DNA of 64,000 nt from Candidatus Blautia merdigallinarum (GTDB lineage: Bacteria > Bacillota > Clostridia > Lachnospirales > Lachnospiraceae). A model generated the notes under the pieces. The model saw only the letters and a program-made list of their open reading frames with translations, did not search any database and was not told the origin of the DNA. Every line of letters starts with the position of its first letter. The stretch's first letter is position 1. Both the position numbers and the translations under genes were made by a program. The stretch lies in the NCBI GenBank assembly GCA_019119535.1, contig DWWV01000023.1, positions 4,655 through 68,654 on the forward strand, written 5' to 3'. Positions 19,378 to 28,503 of the stretch are shown piece after piece.

Positions 19378-19621
19378 ACGGTTATCATGGAAAATACTTG
19401 TATTATAACCGTAGCTTTTAGGTCTCTAGTACGGTTGTGATATAAGAAATTGGTTTTAAGCCGTAGTTTTATGGTCTACAGTACGGTTATATAAGAAAAA
19501 CCAGGTGTGCAACCGTAATAAACTGGCTAAAGGAACGGTTGTATAAGAGAATCCAGATTATGAAACCGTAATTGTATACGAAAAAGGACGGTTACATCAT
19601 CGGAAATGTATTTTGGACCGT
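19378..19621. repeat. Non-coding degenerate tandem array, period 52-53 bp, of alternating inverted hexamers ACGGTT / AACCGT
   Basis: ACGGTT at 19378, 19431, 19483, 19535, 19588. AACCGT (or one mismatch) at 19407, 19459, 19511, 19564, 19616. AACCGT-to-ACGGTT gap is always 18 nt. Confidence 0.9.
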
Positions 19622-19662
19622 TTTTCCGTTGAAAAATATAGTTTAGCCGAGAGGAGAAGGAA

Positions 19663-20445
19663 ATGACAAATCAGGAAATAATGAAGACTGCCATGGAGCA
19701 GTCTGGAGCAGATTTAAACTGTAAGGCAGAAGATTTTTTAAAAAAGGAACCGGTTGTGGTCAGCGGGGGTCTAGGACCAGGAGCCAAGAAATATTATCAG
19801 GAGCCGGTTTCTGCCAATTTGGTATCCTATGGAAATAATATTGTTGCTTCTGTGAAAGAAGAGTATCGGGAGCTTATATGGGAGTATATCCATAGATTTA
19901 CATTTTACCATTGTTTTGAAACACCTAATATGCACTGGCTGGAGGACAGACTCAGAAAAGAAGGACAGAGGGTCTGTTTTATGGCGGAATATTATCTGCC
20001 GGATGTGGAAAAGGTAAAGCCCCTTCCCTGCAGTTACTCCCTGAAAATTATACACAGAGAGGACTTTTGGGAGCTGTACAGGCCAGAATGGAGCAATGCT
20101 CTGTGCAGGGAAAGGAAACACCTGGATGTTCTTGGAGTAGGGGCATATGACGGCAAAAAGCTGGTTGGCCTGGCAGGATGCTCTGCTGACTGCGACAAGA
20201 TGTGGCAGATTGGCGTGGACGTATTGCCGGAATACCGCAGGGCAGGAATTGCCTCTGCACTGACCAGCAGACTGGCTGTTGAGATACTGGAGCGGGGCAA
20301 GGTGCCTTTTTACTGTTCTGCCTGGTCCAACATCCGCTCTGTGAGAAACGGGATCAAAAGCGGATTTATTCCTGCCTGGGTGGAGATGACGGTGAAACCG
20401 GCTAAGATTGTTCAGGATATGAATGAGATTACGCTGCTGTCTTAA
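19663..20445 (+). CDS. GNAT family N-acetyltransferase
   Basis: RBS GAGGAG. C-terminal GNAT fold WQIGVDVLPEYRRAGIASAL, NIRSVRNGIKSGF. Confidence 0.88.
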   Translation: MTNQEIMKTAMEQSGADLNCKAEDFLKKEPVVVSGGLGPGAKKYYQEPVSANLVSYGNNIVASVKEEYRELIWEYIHRFTFYHCFETPNMHWLEDRLRKEGQRVCFMAEYYLPDVEKVKPLPCSYSLKIIHREDFWELYRPEWSNALCRERKHLDVLGVGAYDGKKLVGLAGCSADCDKMWQIGVDVLPEYRRAGIASALTSRLAVEILERGKVPFYCSAWSNIRSVRNGIKSGFIPAWVEMTVKPAKIVQDMNEITLLS

Positions 20446-20457
20446 TGCGTTCCACAA

Positions 20458-20877
20458 CTAAAACTTAAATAAATTCAGCCCGATTTCTTCACTGTAAGCC
20501 CTGTCCACAGTTCCCTCAATGAGAGTTATGACCATTTCACAGGTGGCGCTGACCATAGCCTGGTTCAGATGACCACCGAAGACTTCTCCCTTATCATTTC
20601 CTGCGCTCATATGTAAATGGCAGTAAAATTCACCGTCCATAGTGTTGATAGTTCCGGTAAGAGATACGATTTCGAAACTGCCGCTGAAATGATTGGAATA
20701 ATATTTTTTCTCGTCAGTTTTAAAAACTCCTACAGTAAAATCATTGATGGCGCCCAAAGCCTGGATGCTTGCCAGCTTTATATTTTCTTTCAGAGCGATT
20801 TCTTTTACCTGTTCCAGGATTTCTTCTCCTTTATCGATTCTTGCGATCAAAGTGTTTCCAAATTTTCTGTATTCCAT
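20458..20877 (-). CDS. PPC-domain (DUF296) putative DNA-binding protein
   Basis: ARIDKGEEI, FEIVSLTGTI, CHLHMS, GGHL, TCEMVI. ATG 20877 follows GGAGG. Confidence 0.88.
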   Translation of the reverse strand: MEYRKFGNTLIARIDKGEEILEQVKEIALKENIKLASIQALGAINDFTVGVFKTDEKKYYSNHFSGSFEIVSLTGTINTMDGEFYCHLHMSAGNDKGEVFGGHLNQAMVSATCEMVITLIEGTVDRAYSEEIGLNLFKF

Positions 20878-21034
20878 AATAGTACCTCCCAGATTTATAT
20901 AGTTAATCATACAGTCTGAGGAAAACGATTGTCAAGAACTGGATTTCAAAGGAAAGAAAGTCCGTATATTTTATGACTTTTTTGACAGATTGTGATATGA
21001 TTTATGAAAATATAGTTATGTAGAGGAAAATATT

Positions 21035-21637
21035 ATGAACAGGTGTAAATGGTGTCTATGCAATGAGAAAATGATACATTACCATGATGAGGAATGGGGC
21101 GTCCCTCTGTGGGACGATCAAAAACAGTTCGAATTTCTGATGATGGAGGTTATGCAGTGCGGTCTGAACTGGAACATGATGATCCAGAAACGGGAGATCT
21201 TCCGGCAGTGTTTTGAGGAGTTTGATTTTGACAAGGTGGCGGAGTATGGAGAGGAGGATATTGAAAGGATTCTGAATACCGAAGGCATGATCCACTCAAG
21301 AAGAAAAATTGAAGCAGTGATGCACAATGCCAGGTGTTTCCAGGAAATCCGTAAAGAATGGGGTTCTTTCAGCAAATATATCTGGAGTTTTACCAAAGGA
21401 AAAACTTATCTCTATACCGGACATCAGAAAGGAGAGATTCCGGCAAGAAACGGCCTGTCTGACAGAGTCAGCAGTGATCTGAAAAAGCGGGGCATGAAAT
21501 ATATGGGGTCTGTTACGGTATATTCTCATTTACAGGCCTGCGGGATCATTAATGATCACCTGGATACCTGCTTTCGGTTTCCAGAGCTGATGGAACTGTC
21601 AGACGCAGTCAAAAAAAGAAGAGAGAAAGAGCAGTAA
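21035..21637 (+). CDS. tag: DNA-3-methyladenine glycosylase I
   Basis: RCKWC, YHDEEWGVP, QCGLNW, IHSRRKIEA, GSVTVYSHLQACGIINDH..C. Confidence 0.92.
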   Translation: MNRCKWCLCNEKMIHYHDEEWGVPLWDDQKQFEFLMMEVMQCGLNWNMMIQKREIFRQCFEEFDFDKVAEYGEEDIERILNTEGMIHSRRKIEAVMHNARCFQEIRKEWGSFSKYIWSFTKGKTYLYTGHQKGEIPARNGLSDRVSSDLKKRGMKYMGSVTVYSHLQACGIINDHLDTCFRFPELMELSDAVKKRREKEQ

Positions 21638-21687
21638 AGGAAATCTAGGCTCTTACTCAGAGAGTAGAAACGAAAAAGCAGGAAGAG

Positions 21688-21966
21688 GTGGCAGAGATGG
21701 AAATACGAGACATGGAAAGTAAAGACTACCCGGAAATTGACAGGCTTATGAAGGAACTTCATGAGCTTCATGTAAAAGGCAGGCCGGACCTGTATACAGA
21801 GTTGGAACACCCCTATTCCAGAGAAGAATTTGAAAAGATTGTAAGCGATCCGGAAATTATTGCCATACTTGCTGAAGAAAAAAGTGTGATAATCGGTCTT
21901 TGTATAGGAACTCTACGGAAGAAAAGCGGTATGGTGGAGATGTTTTCAGAAAAACTCTTGACTTAG
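21688..21966 (+). pseudogene. 3'-truncated GNAT acetyltransferase
   Basis: The N-terminal half is GNAT-like (IRDMESKDY, LHELHVKGRPD, AEEKSVIIGLC). It ends before the acetyl-CoA-binding motif A; the last codons (FSEKLLT) are promoter DNA. Confidence 0.7.
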
Positions 21967-21988
21967 AGTTGACTTCAAGAGCTATGAT
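21957..21988 (+). promoter_or_regulatory. MerR-type promoter (19-bp spacer with dyad)
   Basis: TTGACT (21958-21963), 19 bp, TATGAT (21983-21988); dyad CTTAGAGT-TG-ACTTCAAG. Confidence 0.6.
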
Positions 21989-22073
21989 ACAAATAAATGA
22001 TCATTCAGATTATACCGAAAGCTTTCCGGTATATTATGCTGAACTATCAAATACAGGAAAGAGAGGGAAAAAT

Positions 22074-22964
22074 ATGAAGGCAAAGGTTTACTTTACTAGA
22101 GAAATTACCCCTGAAAAGGTTGTAGAGATGTATCAGGCTCTTGGAGTGGAGCTGCCCGGAAAAGTGGCTGTGAAGGTTCATTCTGGAGAAAAGGGAAATC
22201 AAAATTTCCTCCGTCCGGAGTTTTGGCGGCCTATGGTTGAGAAAGTTCAGGGAACGATTGTGGAGTGCAACACTGCTTATGGTGACGCCAGCGGAGGTGT
22301 ACGGGACCATACAGAGTCTCATCTGAAACTTTTGGAAGAGCACGGCTGGAATAAATACTTTGATGTAGATCTTATGGATGCCCAGGGACCGGATGTGATC
22401 TGGCCCATTCCAAATGGCAAAGTTCTCAAAGAAAACCACCTGGGTAAAAATATTATGAATTATGATTCTATGCTGGTCCTGGCCTATTTTAAAGGACACC
22501 CTATGGGCGGCTACGGCGGAGCTCTTAAACAGCTTTCTATTGGCTGCGCTTCAAGAGCCGGAAAGGCTCTGATCCATTCTGCCGGCAAGACCGATGACCG
22601 TTATGAGACATGGAAACAGCATGCCAGCAGCGTTGAATTTCCAGAGGCCATGGCTGACGCAGCGGCCAGTGTAGTGGAGCATTTTAAAGGCAGAACTGCT
22701 TTTATCAATGTAATGAAAAACCTTTCTGTGGACTGCGACTGCTGTGCAGTAGCGGAGGATCCCTGTATGAAAGATATCGGTATTCTGGCCTCCACAGATC
22801 CGGTTGCTATTGATCAGGCCTGTATGGATCTGGTAATTCATTCCGATGATCCCGGCAGAGACCACTTTATGGAGCGTGTGAACAGCCGTAATGGAATCCA
22901 TACCATTGAAGCTGCTGAGGATCTGGGAATCGGAACCAGGGAATATGAACTTATAGAACTTTAA
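22074..22964 (+). CDS. DUF362 domain Fe-S protein
   Basis: AVKVHSGEKGN, VECNTAY, FKGHPMGGYGGALK, SVDCDCC, ASTDPVAIDQAC. The 58-codon upstream extension in the ORF track is not credible. Confidence 0.85.
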   Translation: MKAKVYFTREITPEKVVEMYQALGVELPGKVAVKVHSGEKGNQNFLRPEFWRPMVEKVQGTIVECNTAYGDASGGVRDHTESHLKLLEEHGWNKYFDVDLMDAQGPDVIWPIPNGKVLKENHLGKNIMNYDSMLVLAYFKGHPMGGYGGALKQLSIGCASRAGKALIHSAGKTDDRYETWKQHASSVEFPEAMADAAASVVEHFKGRTAFINVMKNLSVDCDCCAVAEDPCMKDIGILASTDPVAIDQACMDLVIHSDDPGRDHFMERVNSRNGIHTIEAAEDLGIGTREYELIEL

Positions 22965-22990
22965 AAACAGAATACATCTGTCATTCTTAT

Positions 22991-23022
22991 AAAAAGCCGT
23001 CCCCAAGGTGGGACGGTTTTTT
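22991..23022. terminator. Bidirectional intrinsic terminator
   Basis: AAAAAGCCGTCCC-CAAGGT-GGGACGGTTTTTT between convergent genes. Confidence 0.8.
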
Positions 23023-23133
23023 GTCTATAGGAAAGTCCCTCGGACTGCCCTATAGAATAAAAATGAAAAGGAGAACTGGACGATATTAAACCGACTATTT
23101 GGCGAAAAGAGGTGCTATAACAGATCTGGCCTT

Positions 23134-23751
23134 CTAGGTATAACAGCAATAATAGGTTACATTTATTTCTTCATCCAGAATTGGAATGGTAATGCGGTTG
23201 GGAACTTTGCCCTCTCTTTGGATAACCAGGTCACTGTTGAATGTAGGAAGGGCGGATGCCTTTACTAATTCATCAAAATCAGTATCTTTTTGGACAATGA
23301 AATGTGTGTTCGGCATTTTCTCGTTTATGATATGCTCCCAGAAGCCAAGCTGGGGGCGAAGAAGCATGGACTCACCATTCAGGTCTTTTAAATACAAGCC
23401 GCTGCTCCCGGATAAGGGATGGGCCGGAGGCAGAGAGAACAGGAGATGCTCTTCTTTATATTTTACACAGAAAATTCCTTTTTCTTCAACGCTAAACGGC
23501 AGCAGAATAGTCTGATAGGTTCCGTCCTGAAGGCCCTGGAGCAGTACTTCGCTGTCGCGTATCTCAGAGGAGATTGTCATATCAGGATAAAGGTCAGAAA
23601 GCGCCGGGATCAGATTCTACAATGGGGCTGGAGCACAGGAGCCCACAAATATGGTACGGCGTTTTCTGTCGTAATCCCGGATGCTGTTTACCATATCGCC
23701 TGTCTGATCCAGGATTTTCCTTGCATATTCAACAGCTAATTTTCCAGCATC
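23134..23751 (-). pseudogene. LysR-family regulator remnant (HTH deleted, internal TAG)
   Basis: DAGKLAVEYARKIL...TIFVGSCAPAPL*NLIPAL...EEHLLFSLPPAHPL in one frame, with an in-frame stop at 23617-23619. Confidence 0.8.
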
Positions 23752-24024
23752 TTTACCCATCCTGTGCTGACAGAGATTGGTAAAAAATATGGAAAGAGCG
23801 CTGCACAGGTGGCTCTGCGCTGGAATGTACAAAGGGGCGTAACTGTCATTCCAAAATCTGTTCATAAAGAGCGTATGGAGCAGAATCTGGATATCTGGGA
23901 TTTTGAACTTAGCACTAAAGATATGGCAGAGATTGCCAAACTGGATCTTGGTCACAGTGAGATTGTGGATCATAGTGACCCTGGATTCGTGAAGATGCTG
24001 CACAGCATGAAAATTCATGACTGA
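23749..24024 (+). pseudogene. Aldo/keto reductase C-terminal fragment
   Basis: IFTHPVLTEIGKKYGKSAAQVALRW, IPKSVHKERMEQNLDIWDFELS; no N-terminal catalytic region. Confidence 0.85.
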
Positions 24025-24051
24025 TTTGTTTTGAGATAGGAGGATAAAATT

Positions 24052-24612
24052 ATGTCAGTAAGAAAAAATTTTGGAGCAATGCCTCTTCTTTTTCCACAGC
24101 CGATTCTGATCATCGGAACCTATGATGAAAGCGGGAAAGCAAATGCAATGAACGCCGCATGGGGCGGTATTGTAGGAGCAGATGAGATCATGATCGATCT
24201 TTCCCACCATAAGACCACAGAAAATATACTCAAAACGAAAGCTTTTACCGTAAGCGCAGCAGATGTGGAGCATATGACAGCCTGCGACTATGTAGGGCTT
24301 GTCTCAGGGAACAGAGAGCCGCAGAAAATGGAAAAAGCCGGTTTTACAACGAGCAAAAGCAGCTTTGTCAACGCACCGGTCATCAACGAACTTCCGGTAA
24401 CTCTGGAGTGTGAACTGGTAGAAGTGATTGATGGAAGCAAATATTTGGGAAAGATTAAGAATGTCAGTGTTGATGAAAGGGTCCTTGGAGCAGATGGGGA
24501 GATCAGCCTGGAACTGTTCCATCCGATTACTTTTGACACAGTCCATCGGGGTTATTATAAGCTGGGTGAAAAAGTGGGAAATGCCTTTAAGGATGGTGAA
24601 GCATTAAAATAA
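24052..24612 (+). CDS. Flavin reductase-like FMN-binding protein
   Basis: IIGTYDESGKANAMNAAWGG, HKTTENI, ELPVTLEC; RBS AGGAGG. Confidence 0.88.
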   Translation: MSVRKNFGAMPLLFPQPILIIGTYDESGKANAMNAAWGGIVGADEIMIDLSHHKTTENILKTKAFTVSAADVEHMTACDYVGLVSGNREPQKMEKAGFTTSKSSFVNAPVINELPVTLECELVEVIDGSKYLGKIKNVSVDERVLGADGEISLELFHPITFDTVHRGYYKLGEKVGNAFKDGEALK

Positions 24613-24643
24613 GAAACTCTGCTGATATAAGGAGGAAAGCATC

Positions 24644-25414
24644 ATGGTATTTTATTTTACAGCTACAGGCAACAGCCTGTATGCGACCAGGCATTTTTCG
24701 GATGAACCGGTCAATATCCCACAGATTATGCGTGGAACAAAACGACAGTTCTCCGATGACGCCATCGGTATTGTCTGCCCGGTCTATGCCGGTGAGCCGC
24801 CGAAAATGGTACTTCAGTTTCTGAAGGCGTCCACTTTTCAGACAGAGTATTTTTATTTTATCCTGACCTACGGCTTTGACCAGAGCGATGCCCCGGAGTT
24901 TACTGCAGAGCTGGCCAAAGAGGCTGGAATACATGTGGATTACGTTGCTGCCATTCAGATGGTGGACAATTATCTGCCGATGTTTGATATGGATGCGGAA
25001 ATGGCTCTGGATAAGCATATAGAGAAACAGCTTGCTGATGCAGTGAAGGCAGTTGCTGACAGAGTACGGAAAATCCCCGAGGCCAGTGAGGAGGGGCGCA
25101 GGCTTCACGTCCAGGTTGCCGCTATGAATCGGGAGAACCCAGCCTTTAACAATGGTAGCCAGATCACTGTATCAGAGAACTGTATCGGCTGCGGTATCTG
25201 TGAAAAGGTTTGTCCGATTGATAATTTTTACATTGAGAATGGAAGGGCAATGCGCAGAGAGGACACCTGTGAGTTCTGCCTTGCCTGTGCTCAGAACTGC
25301 CCCCAGAAGGCTATCGGTCTGAGCATGGCGGACAAGAATCCGGATGCAAGATACCGCAATCCGAATATTTCTTTACAGGAGATTATAGAAGCAAACGAAA
25401 ATCGTAGTGAATGA
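24644..25414 (+). CDS. EFR1-like flavodoxin + 2x[4Fe-4S] ferredoxin protein
   Basis: FYFTATGNS, VCPVYAG, CIGCGICEKVCP, CEFCLACAQNCP. Confidence 0.88.
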   Translation: MVFYFTATGNSLYATRHFSDEPVNIPQIMRGTKRQFSDDAIGIVCPVYAGEPPKMVLQFLKASTFQTEYFYFILTYGFDQSDAPEFTAELAKEAGIHVDYVAAIQMVDNYLPMFDMDAEMALDKHIEKQLADAVKAVADRVRKIPEASEEGRRLHVQVAAMNRENPAFNNGSQITVSENCIGCGICEKVCPIDNFYIENGRAMRREDTCEFCLACAQNCPQKAIGLSMADKNPDARYRNPNISLQEIIEANENRSE

Positions 25415-25417
25415 AAT

Positions 25418-25750
25418 CTACAACCTGTTTTGGTCTCCCCATTCACACATACTGTCTAAAATAGGAATTAAAGATTTTCCGCGTTCAGTCAAACTATACT
25501 CTACTTTGGGAGGAATCTGTGGGTATTCTTCCCGATGAACAAGCTGGTCGGCTTCCAGTTCTTTCAATGTGGAACTTAGAGTTTTGTATGAAATTTTACC
25601 GATATATTTTTTCATTTCATTGAATCGGACTACGCCGAACTCCATTAAGGTATATAAGATGGTCATTTTATATTTTCCGTTGATCAATGACAGTGTGTAG
25701 CTGAAGCCAGTTGAACTGAGGCATTCGTTTGCTATACATCTTTCGCTCAT
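25418..25750 (-). CDS. HxlR-family winged-helix regulator
   Basis: LINGKYKMTILY, RFNEMKK, LKELEADQLVHREEYPQIPPKVEYSLTERG. Confidence 0.92.
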   Translation of the reverse strand: MSERCIANECLSSTGFSYTLSLINGKYKMTILYTLMEFGVVRFNEMKKYIGKISYKTLSSTLKELEADQLVHREEYPQIPPKVEYSLTERGKSLIPILDSMCEWGDQNRL

Positions 25751-25788
25751 TTTACACTCTCCTTTAGGTAAGTATTTAACTTAATTGT

Positions 25789-25815
25789 AAGTATCGCACT
25801 TTAATGTGCGTACTT
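25789..25815. promoter_or_regulatory. Dyad operator in the HxlR/flavodoxin divergent intergenic region
   Basis: AAGTATCGCAC-TTTAAT-GTGCGTACTT. Confidence 0.5.
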
Positions 25816-25911
25816 GTTTTTGGTTTCATTCTTGCTATGATTATAATGTCAGTACTTGAAAAAGTCAATTTTGTTTAAGCAAGCATAAAACATTAAAGGA
25901 GGCAGAGTCTA

Positions 25912-26463
25912 ATGAGTAAAAAAATTGTGGTATTGAATGGAAGTCCCCGAAAGAAAGGCAATACATCCATGCTTGTAAAAGCATTTACCGAAGGTGCGGA
26001 AAGTGTCGGAAATACAGTGACAGAGTTTTTTCTGGACAGTATGGAAATCCACGGCTGTAAAGGCTGCTTTGGCGGGCACAGCAGTAAAGAATGTCCGTGT
26101 GTACAAAAGGATGATATGGCTCAGATTTATCCGGCTGTAAAGGAATGTGATGTGGTGGTACTGGCAACTCCGCTCTACTATTGGAATATGAGCGGCCAGA
26201 TCAGAATCGCTATTGACCGTTTATTTGCTTTAGAGGAAGGCGATGGCAATCTTCTCAGAGGACACGATAGAGCCTCCGCTCTGCTGATGGCCGCAGAAGG
26301 TCATGGATTTGAGGACGTACTCACCTATTATGACCATCTGATGGAACATTTGCGCTGGAAAAATCTCGGACATGTTCTTGCTGGCGGGAATATGAATGTG
26401 GGGGATATTAATGACAAGCCTGAAATTCAGCAGGCGTATGAACTTGGAAAATCTATTCAGTAA
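25912..26463 (+). CDS. Flavodoxin-like NAD(P)H-dependent FMN reductase / iron-sulfur flavoprotein
   Basis: LNGSPRKKGNT, CKGCFGG, CPCVQKDDM, ATPLYYWNMSGQ. Confidence 0.88.
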   Translation: MSKKIVVLNGSPRKKGNTSMLVKAFTEGAESVGNTVTEFFLDSMEIHGCKGCFGGHSSKECPCVQKDDMAQIYPAVKECDVVVLATPLYYWNMSGQIRIAIDRLFALEEGDGNLLRGHDRASALLMAAEGHGFEDVLTYYDHLMEHLRWKNLGHVLAGGNMNVGDINDKPEIQQAYELGKSIQ

Positions 26464-26490
26464 ATAATGGTATCTTTTAGGAAAAGCATT

Positions 26491-26525
26491 ATGAGGGTAG
26501 CAGATTTTATTTCGGCTGCCCTCAT
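26491..26525. terminator. Hairpin between convergent genes
   Basis: ATGAGGGTAGC / GCTGCCCTCAT. Confidence 0.5.
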
Positions 26526-26529
26526 ATAT

Positions 26530-27006
26530 TTACTTATTATTAGAATTTTGCTTCAAACCATTTTTTATCCAATCCATAGGAATATCATCACTTGGATAAC
26601 CAGCAATTAAAATTGCTTGAGCATGAACACCATAGTCGCCAGTTTGAATGACAGCTTTACAACGATCACGCAGTTCATAATAGTCTGGGATGTACGGTAT
26701 TTCATGGATGTTCTCTTTACCCATCAGATTTACAATAAAGTCGTAGTCCTTATGATTAAGTTTTGGCATTAAATCTGTAATAATCGCACCCTCAAAGTCT
26801 CCGACTTCTACGATTGTTGAAACAATATCTTGAAAACTAGGAGAGCCTGTAACAGCTTCCAAATCAAGATACTCCACATCGGGACTTAAAGGATACAATG
26901 CCTTTTCTGATGTTCCGCTCCCTGCGTCTGCAATAAAAAGCATTTCGCCATGCCGGATACTGGCAACAATGGCGGCCAGTCTTTCATTTAATATTCTTTT
27001 CTTCAC
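26530..27006 (-). CDS. RbsD/FucU-family sugar pyranase/mutarotase
   Basis: ILNERLAAIVASIRHGEMLFIADAG, KAVIQTGD..HAQAIL. Confidence 0.75.
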   Translation of the reverse strand: MKKRILNERLAAIVASIRHGEMLFIADAGSGTSEKALYPLSPDVEYLDLEAVTGSPSFQDIVSTIVEVGDFEGAIITDLMPKLNHKDYDFIVNLMGKENIHEIPYIPDYYELRDRCKAVIQTGDYGVHAQAILIAGYPSDDIPMDWIKNGLKQNSNNK

Positions 27007-27514
27007 GTTTCATTTCCTCCTTAATACTGTCTTGTTCTGTGATTTTACGTAATACACGACATGGATTTCCAACAGCAATTACGTTGGAGGGGATGTCTTT
27101 TGTAATAACACTTTTTGCTCCGATCACGGTATTATCTCCGATTGTTACGCCTGGTAGTATTGTAACATCTGCACCAATCCAAACATTGCTGCCGATTGTA
27201 ATTGGTTTTGCTTTTTCAAGTCCTTGATTTCGTTCTTCTGAAAGTAAAGGGTGTGTCGCCGTATACATTCCGCAGTTCGGGCCGATAAAGCAGTTATATC
27301 CATAATCGGTGTAAAAAGGCGAGAGTATGGTTGTATCTTTCCCTCTATTTGGCAAAAGAGTACCCATAATTTCTTCTCTTTTCTTTGTCATTTTAGGAGA
27401 GGTCTGATTAAGAAAATAGCATAGTTCCTCTGCATCCTCCCGCTGTTCTAACAACTCAGTATCGTTATTTGCGTCATACCAAAATCCCATTTTTAATTTT
27501 TCGCGCTCTGTCAT
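26984..27514 (-). CDS. Maltose/galactoside O-acetyltransferase family, with an apparent internal in-frame deletion
   Basis: FYTDYGYN, YTATHP, PITIGSNVWIG, PGVTIGDNTVIGAKSVITKDIP, GNPCRV; lacks the segment normally between GYN.. and IGPNC. Confidence 0.8.
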   Translation of the reverse strand: MTEREKLKMGFWYDANNDTELLEQREDAEELCYFLNQTSPKMTKKREEIMGTLLPNRGKDTTILSPFYTDYGYNCFIGPNCGMYTATHPLLSEERNQGLEKAKPITIGSNVWIGADVTILPGVTIGDNTVIGAKSVITKDIPSNVIAVGNPCRVLRKITEQDSIKEEMKREEKNIK

Positions 27515-28503
27515 TTTATTACTCCTTTCAAATCCAATGCTTTCTGATACATTCCCTCAAGGTAAAAGGCATTGAAATCGCCTTCATAGATAAAAGTCGG
27601 CATATATTCATCTGGAATATATTGCGAGCAATCTTTCCTTATCCAATCTAAGCTATCTTCGCATAGCAGGTCGCCAGTTAATACAATAATTCCCGGATTT
27701 ACGATAGCGATGATAGAGGTAAGGGCTTTTGAGACGAATGGACGGCAGGTGTCTTTTTCCAATAGTTCAAGTTCTTTTTTCCGCTCCACTCCATATGGCA
27801 AAAAACCAACCATACCAGCAAACTGATTTTTCCCTTTTAATATCATTCCGGCATGAACGCTTGCGGTTCCGGGAAGAATATGAGCAGGAAAATTTGCAAG
27901 CGTAATAATTTCATCTGCTTTGCCGTACTTACTGTAATACCCATAGGCTTTAAAGTGCATATCGTTTTCCAAATATACCGGAATGCGAAATTGCTTTTCT
28001 AATTGACGTATTATTTCAACATTCTCCAGTTCAGCAATATCACAATGGCGTATTATGCCATTTTCCGCTATACTTGGTGTTCCTACAATGATTTGGGATA
28101 TATTATTACGTTGCTTTAGTATGCTGTCTATTTCATTGGCAATTACTGCATAATCAATAATCTCACATTTTTTTTCGATTTGTTCTATGATATTTCCGAT
28201 TGCCGACAGAAGATAAAGTGTTAATGTTCTTTCTCCGTTGAGCAATTCAAAATAAATACAAAGAAAACTTTCAAATTCTTCATTGATCTGATAGCATACG
28301 CTTTCCCTGCCTACTTCTTGTAGCCGTTTCTTCTCTCCGATAACTTCTTTAGATTGCTCCATATCATTCAGCAGAGTGTTGCAAGTGGCTATGCTCAAAC
28401 CCGTTTGCATGGAAATCTGCTGCTTGGTATATTGTCCCCCTTTCCAGAGAATTCTTTGAATTTTGTGCTTATTTATCTTTCTAATATCAGCAGAGTCTTT
28501 CAT
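27511..28503 (-). CDS. ROK-family transcriptional regulator
   Basis: N-terminal HTH (TKQQISMQTGLSIATCNTLLNDM..GR), PVYLENDM, GMVGFLP. ATG 28503 follows AGGAGG. Confidence 0.82.
   Translation of the reverse strand: MKDSADIRKINKHKIQRILWKGGQYTKQQISMQTGLSIATCNTLLNDMEQSKEVIGEKKRLQEVGRESVCYQINEEFESFLCIYFELLNGERTLTLYLLSAIGNIIEQIEKKCEIIDYAVIANEIDSILKQRNNISQIIVGTPSIAENGIIRHCDIAELENVEIIRQLEKQFRIPVYLENDMHFKAYGYYSKYGKADEIITLANFPAHILPGTASVHAGMILKGKNQFAGMVGFLPYGVERKKELELLEKDTCRPFVSKALTSIIAIVNPGIIVLTGDLLCEDSLDWIRKDCSQYIPDEYMPTFIYEGDFNAFYLEGMYQKALDLKGVIK

Noticed and set aside
19378-19621. Calling the array a CRISPR locus
   Set aside because: The putative repeats differ over most of their interior, the spacers resemble each other, and no cas genes are present. 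Kept as an unclassified array.
21900-22073. N-terminal extension of the DUF362 ORF (likewise 35876, 58989, 28557, 10194 starts)
   Set aside because: These run through promoters or upstream genes; downstream starts have proper RBSs.
22480-22500. AYFKGH instead of the usual HFKGH in DUF362
   Set aside because: A single substitution; significance cannot be judged without an alignment.
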